Part shown: positions 41,775-56,341 of the stretch, one piece after another
Layout of the letters: each line of letters starts with the position of its first letter
How positions within the stretch are numbered: the first letter of the stretch is position 1
Source of the DNA: Octopus vulgaris
Lineage: Eukaryota
Assembly: GCA_951406725.2 (NCBI GenBank)
Contig: OX597827.1
Span: 24,738,001-24,802,000, forward strand
Direction: 5' to 3'
DNA: 64,000 bases
Notes under the pieces: generated by a model
What the model was told of the DNA's origin: nothing
Seen by the model: only the letters and a program-made list of their open reading frames with translations
Databases searched by the model: none
Translations under genes and position numbers: made by a program

Positions 41775-42400
41775 GTACCGAGAGTGATAAAAATCAAACA
41801 TCCAGTCAACATCATGGTGTTTTAGAGTGATTACTAGTGTTGGCTACGTTATGCCTCCATTCATCTTCCCACATGGCCTCACACTTAATACGGGGACTTA
41901 CATCAAGTGCCTGAAGGCGGTAGTGCTGCCTTGGGTGAAGAAGAAGGCTGCTGGTAGATTTTATGTCTGGCAATAGGAATTTGCATCATGCCACACAAGC
42001 AGGAGGACCCAGTCATGACTGTCAGATATTTTCTGCGATCAAATCACCCCTAACATCTGGCCGCATAACTCCCAAGACTGCAACCCCCTTGATTATTATG
42101 TGTGGGGCGCATTTGAACAAGAGACCAACAAAACTCCTTGTAATACCAAAGACAAACTGAAGGCAAGGATTATGGCAGCATTCCCCAACTTGAACAAGGA
42201 GACCGACAAGAAGAGTTGTAGGAGACTCCAAAGTCGTCTGGAGGCCGTGGTTGGAGCCAATGACGATTTTACTGAATAAATTTACTCTTTAGTATTTCAA
42301 AATATTTTTATATAATTTTGGTAAATATATCTATTAAAATGAGGTGTCAGTCATATTTTCATTTTTACGTAATTTAGACAACTATATTCACCGCATCCTG
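41775..42400 (+). mobile_element. DD37D (maT-type) Tc1/mariner transposase remnant with right end
   Basis: WQ*E-[37 aa: FASCHTSRR...IWPHNSQDCNPL]-DYYVWG; ends ...caccgcatcctg|TA. Confidence 0.85.
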
Positions 42401-42505
42401 TATATATATATATATATATATATATGGCACATTCCTAACACGCCAGCTAAGTTCAATTCGTCTAAGTCGAAATACGCCTGTTGTGATGTCCTGTTATTGT
42501 TGTTG

Positions 42506-42637
<132 letters not shown>

Positions 42638-43128
42638 GAGTGAGAGAGCAGTTCATGCCATCAAAGTGACACTGGGGTAAAATATACGAAGCCCAATGAC
42701 TACCGTCTGATAAAGGTACACTAGGCACATGCATCACAACCATATGTGCGCGACATGGTGATCTCATATCAAGATAAACAGCACATGACCTTGCAGGTGG
42801 GGCCCAGTTAGAATTTTCTTCTGGTCGAGTAGCCTATCCTGCTCAAAAGATCCCTGAATAAGGGTTGTTTAAGGATGTTGAAAGAACCACCCATGTTTCC
42901 AGAGGTGAACTATTCAAACTCCAAAGAATCCCTCTCAACACATGGCTATGATGCTCCCCCACTACTTCTGCTCGTGATCAGAGATGCACATATCGTCAGC
43001 CACTAAGGGACATGCTCAACTGGTTATGGTCAAACAAATGACAAGCAAATCTGTGGTATTGAGCAGAATATTTGCTGTAGTCCATCTTTTATACCAAGAC
43101 AAAACAATGTACATGATAACATGATAAC

Positions 43129-43204
<76 letters not shown>

Positions 43205-44040
43205 CATTATTATTATTATTGTTTTTTCGTATTTTTTTTTGTGTTAATATTCGTGTAACATCGTCCGTTTTTCTGCCCTTGTTTCGTATACATTCGAAGC
43301 TTTTTTCCAAGGAATCTAATGCGCTTAGCTTAGTTTTTCTTTGGGGCTGGCCAGATTGGAGCAATCTCAAGGTTAATCAGCCGAAATTGCGAGGATGATC
43401 CGGTTCTTGACTGAGGCTTCGAATGACCCGTCCGTGTTTTTGTATCGTCTTCTGAATGTTTTGCGTTCTTGTCCCATTTTATATATATACGATGGGCTAA
43501 TTTCAGCTTCTGTCGACCAAATCCACTCACAAGGCTTTGTTCGGCTCGAAGGTATAGAAGACACATGTCCAAGGTGCCACGCAGTGGGACTGAACCCAGA
43601 ACCATGTAGTTGGGAAGCAACGCTACGGAAACCGAGAAACGGCCCCTTTGAGTCCGTAAGGATCGGGAAGGATGTTTGTGCTTTATATCTATAATTCTCC
43701 ATGCTTTTTTATGAAGTGTTGATTAGATATACAAAGCTATATTCTACCATTCCGCTTTTCACGATTCCACTACTAGACAAATTACCTTCTTTAGATGTAC
43801 CAAGATATATATTCTACCGGTCTGTTATTCTTCTATTCTTCTATTCTTCTATTCTTCTATTCCACTAATCCACTCTATATACATAAACCAAGGCATCTAT
43901 ATTTTGCTATTCCAGCATTTATCAACGAGCTAATAGCTGAACTTGGGGCAATAAATTCCAGTGGCTGACAAATAAGTAGATGTAACGAACCAACCAAGGT
44001 TGTCATGGTGATACGGTATGCACTTGTATATATATATATG

Positions 44041-44116
<76 letters not shown>

Positions 44117-44277
44117 CACACCTACCTACATACATATGTATGTATGTATGTATGTATGTATATATGTATGTATGTATATATATATGTATGTGTGTATATA
44201 TATATATACATACACATATATATGTACATATATATGTATGTGTGTGTGTATGCATTCATTTATATACATATATATTT

Positions 44278-44401
<124 letters not shown>

Positions 44402-44456
44402 TGTACTTATATATCAGAATAATATACAGCCTGATTTGTGCAGCCGTTCTTGAAGG

Positions 44457-44533
<77 letters not shown>

Positions 44534-45022
44534 TTGCTGCTACAAATGCGTTAGAGTCCAATAGATACAAACAAAATACCAAAGTCATATTCATATTGTG
44601 CCCCCTTCTCCTTTCCCACTCCTCTCCCCTCCTACTCATCCTGTTCCTCCTCATCCTCCATCAATAATTATCTCTCTTCCCCACCCCTCCACGCCACCGC
44701 CGACACACGTTTGCTTCGTTATTAACGCCGCCGCCACCGCTACTATTGCCATTCCCGCCACCACAAACTCTAACGAGCATCAGCACCAACATCATCATCA
44801 TCCTCATCATCATAATCATCATAATCACCACCACCACCACCACCACCTTCACCCTCCTCCTCCTCATCATCATCATCATCATAATCATCATAATCACCAC
44901 CACCACCACCACCACTACCTTCACCCTCCTCCTCCTCATCATCATCATCATAATCATCATAATCACCACCACCACCACCACTACCTTCACCCTCCTCCTC
45001 CTCCTCCTCCTCCTCCTCCTCC

Positions 45023-45064
<42 letters not shown>

Positions 45065-45174
45065 GCATAATCATCAGTAGCTTTATCGATAAACGTTTCC
45101 ACATTTTTGCTTTGATATTACTTTCTCTCTCTTTCTCTTGCCCCCACTCTCTCTGTATATTTGTGTGTGTGTGG

Positions 45175-45218
<44 letters not shown>

Positions 45219-45359
45219 ATGCGTGTGTGTGTGTCTGTGCACACACACACGCACACACATACACACACACATACACATACATATATGTATATGTTTATGA
45301 ACAAGTACACGAGAATATATATTTATCAGTGTGCGCATGTGATCAAGCGCGAGTGTATA

Positions 45360-45430
<71 letters not shown>

Positions 45431-45682
45431 AAGAAAGAGAGAAAGAAAGGGAGAGAGTGAGAGGGAGGGAGAGTAAAGCCAATATTTATGCCTTATACAC
45501 ACAGATAAGCAAATATTTGCTCACTTAACGTGTATTTATTCAATGATTCAGTTGCGAATCAAACAGTGGATGTCTGTCTGTGCCTCGCGGTTGGAGCCTC
45601 ACATCGACCACATTCTGTGGCACACACCTGTTGCCACATGCACACACCACTATATGAGTATATGCGTGTGCGTGTGTTTGTG

Positions 45683-45758
<76 letters not shown>

Positions 45759-45773
45759 ATATATATATATGTG

Positions 45774-45804
<31 letters not shown>

Positions 45805-45805
45805 G

Positions 45806-45909
<104 letters not shown>

Positions 45910-46431
45910 AGTGTGTGTGTGTGTGTGTGTGTGTATTCCACCGTCTAGGCTTAAAAAAGCCCTTATTGTTGGTTTCCTTGTCCTGTCTTTTACTGTTTTT
46001 ATCTTTATTTGTACTGTTTTTTTCTTCATTTGTATTGCTTTTACGTCCTGTTCTTGTCACTTTTTTTACCCCTCCGCAAAAAAAAATTATTTAATTCATT
46101 TTGCGGGAATGACTGCTTCGGCGTGGCCGTGTTCTGCCCTTACCTTCGAAACACGCATTGAGTAAAACAGGGGCAGCTGAAGAAGGGGAATGTTCCTTGT
46201 AGTGTTTGTCTTGTACTCTGTTTTTTCGTTGTTAAAAAAAGTCCGTTTCCTTGTTTGATTTAATGTTTTCGTTTCTCGTTGTGTTCTACGTTTATTTGTG
46301 GTGTCCTGTACTCATATATGCATATATATATACATATAGATGTAGGTATGTACATATATGTATGTATGTTAAGAACAAACTTACTAAAAAATGGATGCGT
46401 ATGTATGCATATGTTTTATTTATTAAATTGT

Positions 46432-46497
<66 letters not shown>

Positions 46498-46509
46498 AGA
46501 CATTTATTG

Positions 46510-49216
46510 GATAGCCGTTGACTCTCAAGAGTTCCTCCGCCCTTTGACGGGTTTTGTTTTTACCTCCCGCAGGGTGTCCAGTAAAGACCCTCCTTACCAA
46601 GCAAGCTTGGTGGGGTTGCCGGTTTAGTCGCAGACGGCCCGACCATGCAACAGGTTGTATTGGGTTACATGTTACCTGTAGCACTCGAAAGTGACCTAAC
46701 ACAACTATGTGCTATACTGATGACGAAAAACTTTCTTTCTACCATGCTTTGAATGGCATTATAAGAAATATCCCTCGGGCAGACAAAGTCATCGTACTGG
46801 GTGACTTTAATGCTAGAGTGGGTAGGGATTTTAACACATGGACTGTAATTGGAAAGCATGGGGTGGTGAAGTATAACAGTAATGGCATGCTTTTGCTACA
46901 GATGTGTGAGGAGCTGCGTCTGTGTGTTACCAATACCATGTTTCAACAAAAGAATAAGTTTAAGACCACATGGATGCACCCTGCATCTAAAGAATGGCAT
47001 ATTCTGGATTACATCTTTGTTAGGGTACGTGACAGACAGGATGTGCAGTGTGTGCGTGTTCTTCGTGGAGCTGAGTGTTGGACTGACCACCATGTAGTAC
47101 GTGCAAAAGTGAAATTAGTCACAAAACATAAAATCCGAGCTGCCTAAAAGACTGGATGTTGATCGTCTTAGGTGTAATAGTGTGAAGAGAACTTTACGAG
47201 AGGAAATGAATGCTGCAGATATTGGGGAGGATTGGCCGACCCTTAAAAAGTCAGTTTATGATATAGGCAAGAAAGTTCTGGGATTTATACAAAGAAAGCA
47301 TCAAGATTGGTTTAAAGAAAATGATGAACATATAGATGATTTATTGGCTGATAAAAGACGTACTTTGTCACGGTATTTGTCAGCAAAGCCACAGGAAAGG
47401 GAAGTGTTGCATAGGTAATTATAGGGGAGTATCATTGCTGTCTGTCGTAGGAAAGGTTTTATGCAGGGTACTTCTGGATCGTCTGCTGAAATACGTTGCA
47501 GATTGTGTTCTTCCAGAAAGTCAATCTGGCTTTCGTGTGGGACGTGGCACTGCTGATATGATCTTTTCAGCTAGACGGCTTCAGGAGAAGTGTGTGGAAC
47601 AGGGTATGGATTTGTATCAGGTTTTTGTCGATCTGACAAAAGCCTTTGATACCGTCAATAGAAAAGCATTGTGAAAAGTCCTCCAGAAACTTGGGTGTCC
47701 TGAAAAGCTCCTTGCTTTGGCTAGGTCTTTTCATGAAGACATGAATGGTAGGGTGAATGTTAGAGGGAAAATGTCGGAGCCTATTTCAATACAAAATGGA
47801 GTGAAACGGGGGGATATTCTGGCACAGACCCTATTTTCCATATATTTTGCGATGGTGTTCTGTATTGCATTCAGAAACTGAAGATACGGTGTTTACATCC
47901 ATTATCGAACCTCTGGCAGCATATCTAATATCAGGCGCTTTGATGCAAAAACAAAGGTATTTACCTCTATCATAAGAGACCTTTTGTATGCAGATGATTG
48001 TGAGCTAGTAGCACACACAGAGATTGATATTCAACACATTTTGAATGCATTTTCTGATGCCTGCACTGCCTTAGAATAGACAGTCAATCTCAAGAAAACT
48101 GTTGTCATGCATCAGCCTGCCCCTGTAAGCAGTATAGTGTACCAAATATCTATGTGTATGGTAAGCGACTTGATGTAGTTGATCAGTTTGTTTACCTGGG
48201 AAGCACTATTAATAGATATAGCAATATGGATGATGAAATTCCATAGAGAATTAGGAAAGCAAGTGTTGCTTTCGGAAGGCTAGAAAAGCGCCTCTGGAGT
48301 CGGCGAGACAGATGCAGAAAGACAAAGATAAAGGTGTGCTCCCTTCTCTTCTCTATGCCTGGGAGACGTGGGTCACATATCGATACCAACTTAAACAACT
48401 GGAACGTTTCCATCAGATGTGCCTCAGACGGATCTATGGCATTAAGTGGAAGGACCGCATCAGTGATCTTGAAATATTGGAAGGCCCTCGGTGTGAAAGT
48501 ATAGAAGCTCTTGTGTTAAAGCAAAGGCTCAGATGGAGTGGTCATCTGGTCAGGATGAAGGATTCAAGGATGCCAAAACAACTCTTTTATGAAGAGTTAG
48601 CTAAAGGAGAACGACCTCCACATAAACCAAAAAAGAGGTATAAGGACTTGCTGAAGGCTTCCTTAAGATATGCTTGCATCTCTCCTGACACATGGGAAGG
48701 CATAGCTATTGATCGTAGCAGGTGGAGAAGGATTGTGCACGAAGGAACAGCCACTTTTGAGAAATCTCGAGTTGCACATGAGAAAGTAATGAGGGATGTC
48801 AGGAAGGGCATCGCTGTTACGCTTCCAGAAGGGAAGGGTCTTCCTTTGATTCTGACATGCAATGTCTGTGCAAGACCCTGCCTCAGTAAAGCTGGACTCA
48901 AGAGTCATCTTCGTAGTCATAAAGTGAGACAGATGAGTGACAACCTGGCCACTGGTGGTGGTGCAACACACCATACTAATCATATCTGTCGGGCATGTGG
49001 AAGAGAGTGTAATTCGACAGGAGGACTTAAACGACATGCAAAGGTACATGAAGCCCAGTTACAACTACAGCCGGCTATTACCGGTATAGGTTTTAGTTGC
49101 CAATTCTGTACAAGACATTGTAGATCTTTGACTGGGCTAAAAAGTCACATTCGATCACAGAACCAGTAACAGTTAAGCTTCGTCCAATTGCCATACTCGA
49201 TAACGAGGGGGCAGCC

Positions 49217-49220
<4 letters not shown>
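46510..49220 (+). mobile_element. RTE-clade LINE, internally deleted and pseudogenised (APE + RT + three C2H2 fingers)
   Basis: VLGDFNARVG, WMHP..WHILDYIFV, TDH (APE); NYRGVSLLS, PESQSGFR, FVDLTKAFDTV, LLYADD (RT); RLRWSGHLVRM; flanked by (TA)n. Confidence 0.93.
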
Positions 49221-49300
<80 letters not shown>

Positions 49301-49430
49301 CATGTATGTATGTATGTATGTATGTAGGTATATAAAGTTAATCCAAACAAGAAAACAAAAAGACAACAACGCAAGGATGTGGAACAAATAAAATATTATT
49401 GGACGCTCAGTAAAGAAGGGAAGAAGGAGG

Positions 49431-49465
49431 GTTTGACGTTTCGAGCGGAGCTCTTCGTCGGAAAC
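49431..49465 (-). ncRNA. PLE-type minimal hammerhead in a pLTR-like repeat downstream of the Penelope ORF
   Basis: Minus: gttt-CCGACGA-a-gagc(tcc)gctc-GAAA-c-gT-C-aaac; palindromic ACGT stem III; U4 changed to C. Confidence 0.7.
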
Positions 49466-49639
49466 ATAGGAGAAAGAAAGATCCCGAGACGGGAGGACAC
49501 AGGAAAAAAAATTGCAGGTAGTATTCACGAGGTCACATACTAAAAAGACGGAAGTGGTAAAAGTGGAGGAAAATGTTTTTTAAAAACAAGAGAGCTGAAT
49601 CAGAGAAGGAATGGTAAAAAAGGTGTGCGAGATGACAAG

Positions 49640-50886
49640 GGTGTGTGTGTGAGTGTGTGCGTGTGTGTGTGTGTGTGTGTATGGTGGACAATGGCTAGTA
49701 GCAGGCAGTAGTAGAATTAAGGAGTTAAGGAGTGGTGTGGGGGTACCCTAGCAGGTCAGAAAGGCAGGTCAGAAACAGGGAGGTATGTGTGTGTGCGTGT
49801 ATATGTATAGTGTGTGTGTTTTGTTGTAGTATGTGTGTGTGTACGTGTGCGTTTTTTTGGGTGTATGGCGAGTAACTGTGCTTAACTTAGTGTATGTGCG
49901 GTGTGTGCATGTACGTGCGTGTGTGTGTATATATACGTATGTATAATTGTGTGCATGTATGTATGTGTGTGCGTGTATGTATGGTTGTGTGCCGTATGGG
50001 ATGTATGTGTGGGTTCATTTGTGTGTGTGTGCGTGTGCGTGTGTATGTATGTGCATGTAGTTGTGTGTGCATGTATGTGTGCGTTTGTATGTGTGTGTGT
50101 GTGTAAGCGTAAATGGATGTATATGCGTGTATCCGTGGGGTTGTGAGTTTCTTTTTGCGCGTGTGCGTGCGTATGTGTGTGCATGTTTTGGTGTGCGTAT
50201 GTATGTGTGTGTCTGTGCTTATATGTGTGTACGTATGTGTATGTGTGCGTGCGCGTGGAGGTATATGTTGTGTGTATGTATATGTGTCAGTGTGTATGTG
50301 AATTAGTGTGTGTTTGTACGTGTGTATGTGTGTGTTCGTGTATTGTATATATATGTAAATGTGTGTGTGTACGTGCGTGGGAGTGAATGTATGTATGTAT
50401 GTGCGTGTGTGTACAAATGTAGGGGTTTATATGTGTATTTATATGTGTATATGTGTGTATATATATGCATGCAAGGACACACTTCGCAACTGAAAGATTG
50501 ATGGAAAAGACTCTCGCGGTGCGGGCGCATGCGAATCTACAGGCACACACGCATACACCCAGACGTACGACCGAAATAAAGCCAGACCCCACAGGCATGC
50601 GTGCATGCATGTATGTGTGCGCGCGCGCGCATGCATGTGTGTGCGTGTGAATGCGAGTGTGTATGTAGGTATGTGTGTGTGTATGTATGTATGTATGTAT
50701 GTGTGAGTGTGTATGTGTGTATGTCTGTGTGTATGTATGTCCGTATGAGTGTATGTAAGTATGTGTGTGTGTATATGTGTATGTGTATATGTGTATGTGT
50801 GTTTGTGTGTATGTATGTGTGTATGTATGTATGTATGTATGTGTGTATATGTGTGTATGTGTGTATGTATGTGTGTATGTGTGTAA

Positions 50887-50920
<34 letters not shown>

Positions 50921-51117
50921 ATGTATGTGTGTGTGTGTATGTATGTATGTGTGCATGCGTGTATGTGTGTATGTATGTATGTATGTGTGCATGCGTGTAT
51001 GTATGTATGTGTGTGTGTATGTATGTATGTATGTATGCATGTGCGTATGTATGTGTGTGTGTGTATGCATGTGTGTATGTATATGTGTATGTGCGTATAT
51101 GTGTGTGTGCATGTATG

Positions 51118-51148
<31 letters not shown>

Positions 51149-53150
51149 GTGTATGTGTGTGTGTATATATGTATGTGTGTATGTATGTGTGTATGTATGT
51201 ATGTGTGTGTGTATGTTTGTGTGTGTGTATGTATGTATGAATGAAAGTATGAATGTATGTATGTGTGTGTACGTATGTGTGTGAATGTATGCGTGTGTGC
51301 GTGGGGTTTCCTATGGCGTTGTGTGGGCGTAATGTATGTATGCGTGTGTGTTTGTGTGTGTATGTATGCGTATGCGTGTGTATGTGGGTGTGTATGTATG
51401 TATGTGTGTGTATGTATGTGCGAGTGTATGGGTGTATGTCTATATGTATGTCTTGTGTATGTATGTATGTATGTGTGTGTGTATGAGTGTGTGTATGTGT
51501 GTAGTGTGTATGTGTGTAGGTATCTATGTGTGTGTGTATGTTTGTATGTATGTATGTATGTGTGTATGTGTGTAAGTGTGTGTGCGTGTATGTGTGCGCG
51601 CGTGCATGCATGTATGTGTGTATGTATGTATACACACACACACACACACGCACACACACAATACATACGCACACCGCAGGCATATGGGGCCGGCCGCACC
51701 CGTGGCGAGCGCCAACGCGCGCGCGCGCGCCCGCAGACCCACAAGCACACACGCCAAAAAAACCGAACTCCAACAATCCCTCAACTAAAAAGCGTGCGCC
51801 TGGATACAAATATATGTATGTGAGTGTGCATGCGTGTAAACGTGTGCGTGTGTATGCATGTATGTGTGCATGCGTGTATGTGTGCATGTGTGTGTGTGTA
51901 TGTATGTATGTAAATATGTATGTACGTATGTGTGTGTGTGTGTGTGTATGTGCGTATGTGTGTATGTATGTGTGTATGTATGTATGTGTGTGTGTATGTA
52001 TGTATGTGTGTGTATGTATGTATGTGTGTATGTGTGTGTGTGTGTGCGTATGTGTATGTGTGTGTATGTATGTGTGTATGTATGTATGTGTGTGTGTATG
52101 TATGTGTGTATGTATGTATGTGTGTGTGTATGTATGTGTGTATGTATGTATGTGTGTGTGTATGTATGTATGTATGTGTGTGTATGTATGTATGCATGTA
52201 TGTGTGTGTGTATGTGTATGTTTGTTTGTTTGTTTGTGTGTTTATGTATGTATGTATGTATGTATGTGTGATTAAATGTGTGAATGTATGTATGTGTGTG
52301 TACGTATGTATGTGTGTGGGTGTGTGGGTGTATGGGGGGTGTATAGGTGTGGAAGTATGTGTGCGTACAAGTAGGTTGTATGTGTGTGGTGTATTGGAGG
52401 TAGGTGTGTTGGAAGTAGGTATATGGAGGGGTGTTCGTGGATACGTGGGTATGCGTGTGTGTGTTTCTGTATAAGGATTAAAAAAAGGAGAGAGGGGGAA
52501 AGAGAGGTATGCATGTATGTGTGCATGCGTGTATGTGTGCATGTGTGTGTGTGTATGTATGTATGTAAATATGTATGTACGTATGTGTGTGTGTGTGTGT
52601 GTGTATGTGCGTATGTGTGTATGTATGTGTGTATGTATGTATGTGTGTGTGTATGTATGTATGTGTGTGTGTATGTATGTATGTGTGTGTATGTATGTAT
52701 GTGTGTATGTGTGTGTGTGTATGTGCGTATGTGTGTGTGTATGTATGTGTGTATGTATGTATGTGTGTGTGTATGTATGTATGTGTGTATGTATGTATGT
52801 GTGTGTGTATGTATGTGTGTATGTATGTATGTGTGTGTGTATGTATGTATGTATGTGTGTGTATGTATGTATGCATGTATGTGTGTGTGTATGTGTATGT
52901 TTGTTTGTTTGTTTGTGTGTTTATGTATGTATGTATGTATGTATGTGTGATTAAATGTGTGAATGTATGTATGTGTGTGTACGTATGTATGTGTGTGGGT
53001 GTGTGGGTGTATGGGGGGTGTATAGGTGTGGAAGTATGTGTGCGTACAAGTAGGTTGTATGTGTGTGGTGTATTGGAGGTAGGTGTGTTGGAAGTAGGTA
53101 TATGGAGGGGTGTTCGTGGATACGTGGGTATGCGTGTGTGTGTTTCTGTA
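49640..53150. repeat. Large compound (TG)/(TATG)n microsatellite field; similar fields at ~6250-6970, 9470-9985, 29500-29835, 30410-31110, 31445-32440, 33060-34260, 44025-45935, 55970-56930, 58565-59680
   Basis: Direct inspection; these fields are the source of most listed ORFs. Confidence 0.97.
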
Positions 53151-53187
53151 TAAGGATTAAAAAAAGGAGAGAGGGGGAAAGAGAGGT
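51852..53187. repeat. Direct tandem duplication of ~670 bp
   Basis: Block ...gattaaatgtgtgaatg...taaggattaaaaaaaggagagagggggaaagagaggt occurs identically, ending at 52508 and at 53187. Confidence 0.9.
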
Positions 53188-53199
53188 GGAGCGCAGTCA

Positions 53200-55329
53200 C
53201 TAAGAGGAGGCGGCTGTGTTGAGTCGATGCGGGGTATTGGTTTGTAGAGTGAAGATAAAGCGTTGCTCCAACTGGAGCCTGGATTGTGGAAGACCGTTGT
53301 GTGGGGCGAGGCCAAACACTGAGATGTCATCGGGGGAATGGCTGGCCGAGCGGAAGTGACGTGCGACGGGAGAAAAGGACTGTAGGCGAACATCCCTCAG
53401 ATGTTCGGCGAATCGGTCTGACAAACGGCGTCCCGTCTGTCCTATATACAGCATTCCGCAGAGGTTGCATTTAATACAGTATATGAGGCCAGACGAAGTG
53501 CACGTAAAAGAATGTCTGATACGTACAGTTCGCTGGTTGGAGCCGGTGACAGCAGTGGTGTTGGTGATGAAGGGGCAGGTGTTGCAGCGGAATCTAGAGC
53601 ACGGGAATGATCCGTGTGGGGCTGAGGGGGAAGAAGAGAGGGTGCTATGGACCAGGAGGTCGCGTAGATTCCGGGCTCATTTGAAGGAGGACAGGGGTGG
53701 GTTGGGGAAAATGGGGCGGGTCGTGGGATCGAGCTGGAGGCGACGGAAGGCACGTAGTATCTTCCGACGAAGGGGTAGAGTAGAGGGGTGGAAAAGGAGG
53801 GGAAAAGGGGTGCGGTTAGGGGGGGGGGGTGAGAGGAAGGAGAAAGGGCGGGTGTGCGGTCGATGCGACGGGCGCGGGCGAAGGCATTTGAAATTAGTGT
53901 AGGTGGGTATCCTCGGTGCCTGAACAGGCGGGCCAGGTATTGAGATTGGGTCTCGATATCCTGGTCGCGAGAGCACAAGCGTCGGAGGCGGAGGAAGTGG
54001 GAGTAGGGGATGGCCCGTTTGGTGTGGAAGGGGTGGGAGGAGGAGAAGTTGAGATAGAGGTGGGAATCCGTGGGTTTAAAGAAGGCGGAGGTGGTGAGAG
54101 AGTGGGAGGGGTGGTTGATGCTGAGAGAGATATCAAGGAAGTTGACAGAGGTGTTGGAGATGGTTGAGGTGAATTGTAGAGAGAGGTGGAAGTTGGAGAG
54201 GAAAGAGATGAATTGGCAGAGAAGTTCGCGGGAAAGGGAGGTGGCGCCTATGCAGTCGTCTATATAGCGACCGTATAGTTCAGGAGTCGGCCCGGAGAAT
54301 TGGGAGAATACTTGGGCCTCAATGTAGCCAAGAAAGAGATTGGCGAAATTGGGGCCCATTCTCGTTCCCATCGCGACCCCGGACATCTATTGGTACGTTT
54401 CCCCGGCGAACGTGAAACAGTTGAGGGTGAGGACGAGCTCAGTCAGGCGGAGAAGGGTGGGGTGTTGGGGTGGGGTCGGGACGACGGTCGAGGAAGTGTT
54501 GGAGGGCTAAGAGACCGTCGTTGTGGGGAATTACCGTATACAGGGATTTTACGTCTAGGGTGAAGAGGAGGTGTGAGGGGCTGGAAGGGAAGGAAAAGGA
54601 ATTGAAGAGACGGAGGGCGTGGTTGGTGTCGTGTATGTGGGATGGGAGGGCTGCGACTAAGGGGGACAGGATGCGGTCGAGGTATAAGGAAATGTGTTCA
54701 GTGGGGCAATTACAGGCGGAAACGATGAGGCGGCCAGAGTTATGGGGTTTATGGATTTTGGGAAGGAAATAGATGGTGGAAGTGCGGGGTGTGCGGACGA
54801 TGAGGTTGGTGGCGGTGGGGGGGAGAGCAGAAGAGGAGATGAGGTCGTGGATGCTGGAGGACACTCGCTGTTGGTAGGAAGAGGTGGGATCGGAGGGGAG
54901 GAGGCGATAGAAGAGGGGTTTTTGAAGCTGGCTGAGCGCTTCCTCCCTGTATAGATCCGCGCGCCACACCACCACTGCTCCGCTTTTGTCCGCCGGTTTG
55001 ATGACAATGTCATTGCATTGTTTAAAGTTGAACCGGTGGACCAGCGCGTTGCAGTCATTCACGAACAAATCTAGGCTACTGAATAGGCCTGGGGGCGGCG
55101 TCCAGTTGGATGGACGGCGCCCCAGCTCCAAAAGGCAATCCTGATTGTTGTGACGCTCCGGAGACGCGTGGAAGAATGCGAAAAAGTTTGAGGCGGCGCA
55201 GGAACTGGTTGACGTCGGTCCGAGTCTCGAATTCATCACAGTGGCGCGTGAGTGGCGTGAAGTGGAGTCCCCTACTGAGGAGAGAACGCTCGGCAGCGGA
55301 GAGGGGGAGATTGGGGGGTATAGTGACAA
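53200..55329 (-). mobile_element. Penelope-like retroelement, Neptune-type (RT + GIY-YIG), frameshifted
   Basis: IKPADKSGAVVVW, YFLPKIHK, LDVKSLYT, GVAMGTRMGP, RYIDD; Cys-rich linker; LYIGQTGRRLSDRFAEH...VARHF...LEQRFIF...LN. Confidence 0.93.
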
Positions 55330-55483
55330 CAGTGCGAGGAAGCGGAGTGGTGGGATGACTGGGGTCAGGAAGAGGGGGTGCAGATGTGTGAGGAGGAGGG
55401 TAGGGGTGGTTGGGTGAAGATGGGTTGTGTGTCTATAATATATATATATTACATATATATATGTGAATATATGTATATGTATG

Positions 55484-55545
<62 letters not shown>

Positions 55546-55633
55546 GAGAGTTTACGAAAAAAACAAAAGACGAAGACAGGTGGTGTACAAAACAAATAGA
55601 TATATTAGTATAACGCTCAGGAATAGAAAAAGT

Positions 55634-55669
55634 CTTTTACGTTTCGAGCCTACGCTCTTCTAAAGAAAG
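55634..55669 (-). ncRNA. Core-degenerate PLE hammerhead in a pLTR-like repeat upstream of the Penelope ORF
   Basis: Minus: cttt-CTTTAGA-a-gagc(gtag)gctc-GAAA-c-gT-A-aaag. Confidence 0.5.
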
Positions 55670-55966
55670 GGACACAGAAAAAACAAGGAGAGAAATAAGG
55701 AGAGAAAATATGTGTGTTGTGCCTAACAATCTATCATGGCGACTAGTGCGGGATAGAAGGGTCAAACACAGGAAGGAAAGTAGGGGAGATAACAAGGTAA
55801 AGATGACCCCTAACACAAAGATGCGTGTGTGTATAAGAGAGTATGTATGTGCGTGTGAAAGAGGGCTGGTGGTTAGGATGTGTGCGTGCATGTATGTGTA
55901 GGTGTGAAAATGTGGGGATGGGTGTGTTGGAAGTGTGTTGTGATGTGATGTGTAATGTATGGTGTA

Positions 55967-56011
<45 letters not shown>

Positions 56012-56173
56012 TACATATATACATATATGTATATGTATATATATATATACATATACATATATACATATATGTATATATATATATCATATATTATATATAT
56101 ATAATATACACACATATATATATGAATTATCTTTATGTATATATATGTATATAGTATATGTATGTGTATGTAC

Positions 56174-56225
<52 letters not shown>

Positions 56226-56310
56226 ATACAATATATATACATACGTATATATAGATTTATATACATATATGTGTGCGTGTTTATATATGTATACAAATAT
56301 ATATATATAG

Positions 56311-56341
<31 letters not shown>

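Noticed and set aside
44598-45102. His/Pro-rich or acidic Gly/Asp ORFs with three compound units
   Set aside because: Higher-order CAT/CAC/CCT microsatellite open in several frames; no splice or start context
48312-49169. 285-aa ORF as a host C2H2 transcription factor
   Set aside because: Continuous with the RTE RT C-terminus and LINE tail
50470-50600. GC-rich islands inside the microsatellite field (also 51665-51805)
   Set aside because: No recognisable structure; may be low-quality consensus sequence
50287-51887. Long ORFs (487 and 482 aa) and all similar [12 protein letters not shown] ORFs
   Set aside because: Translations of TATG/TG/TA microsatellites that lack stop codons; no domain content
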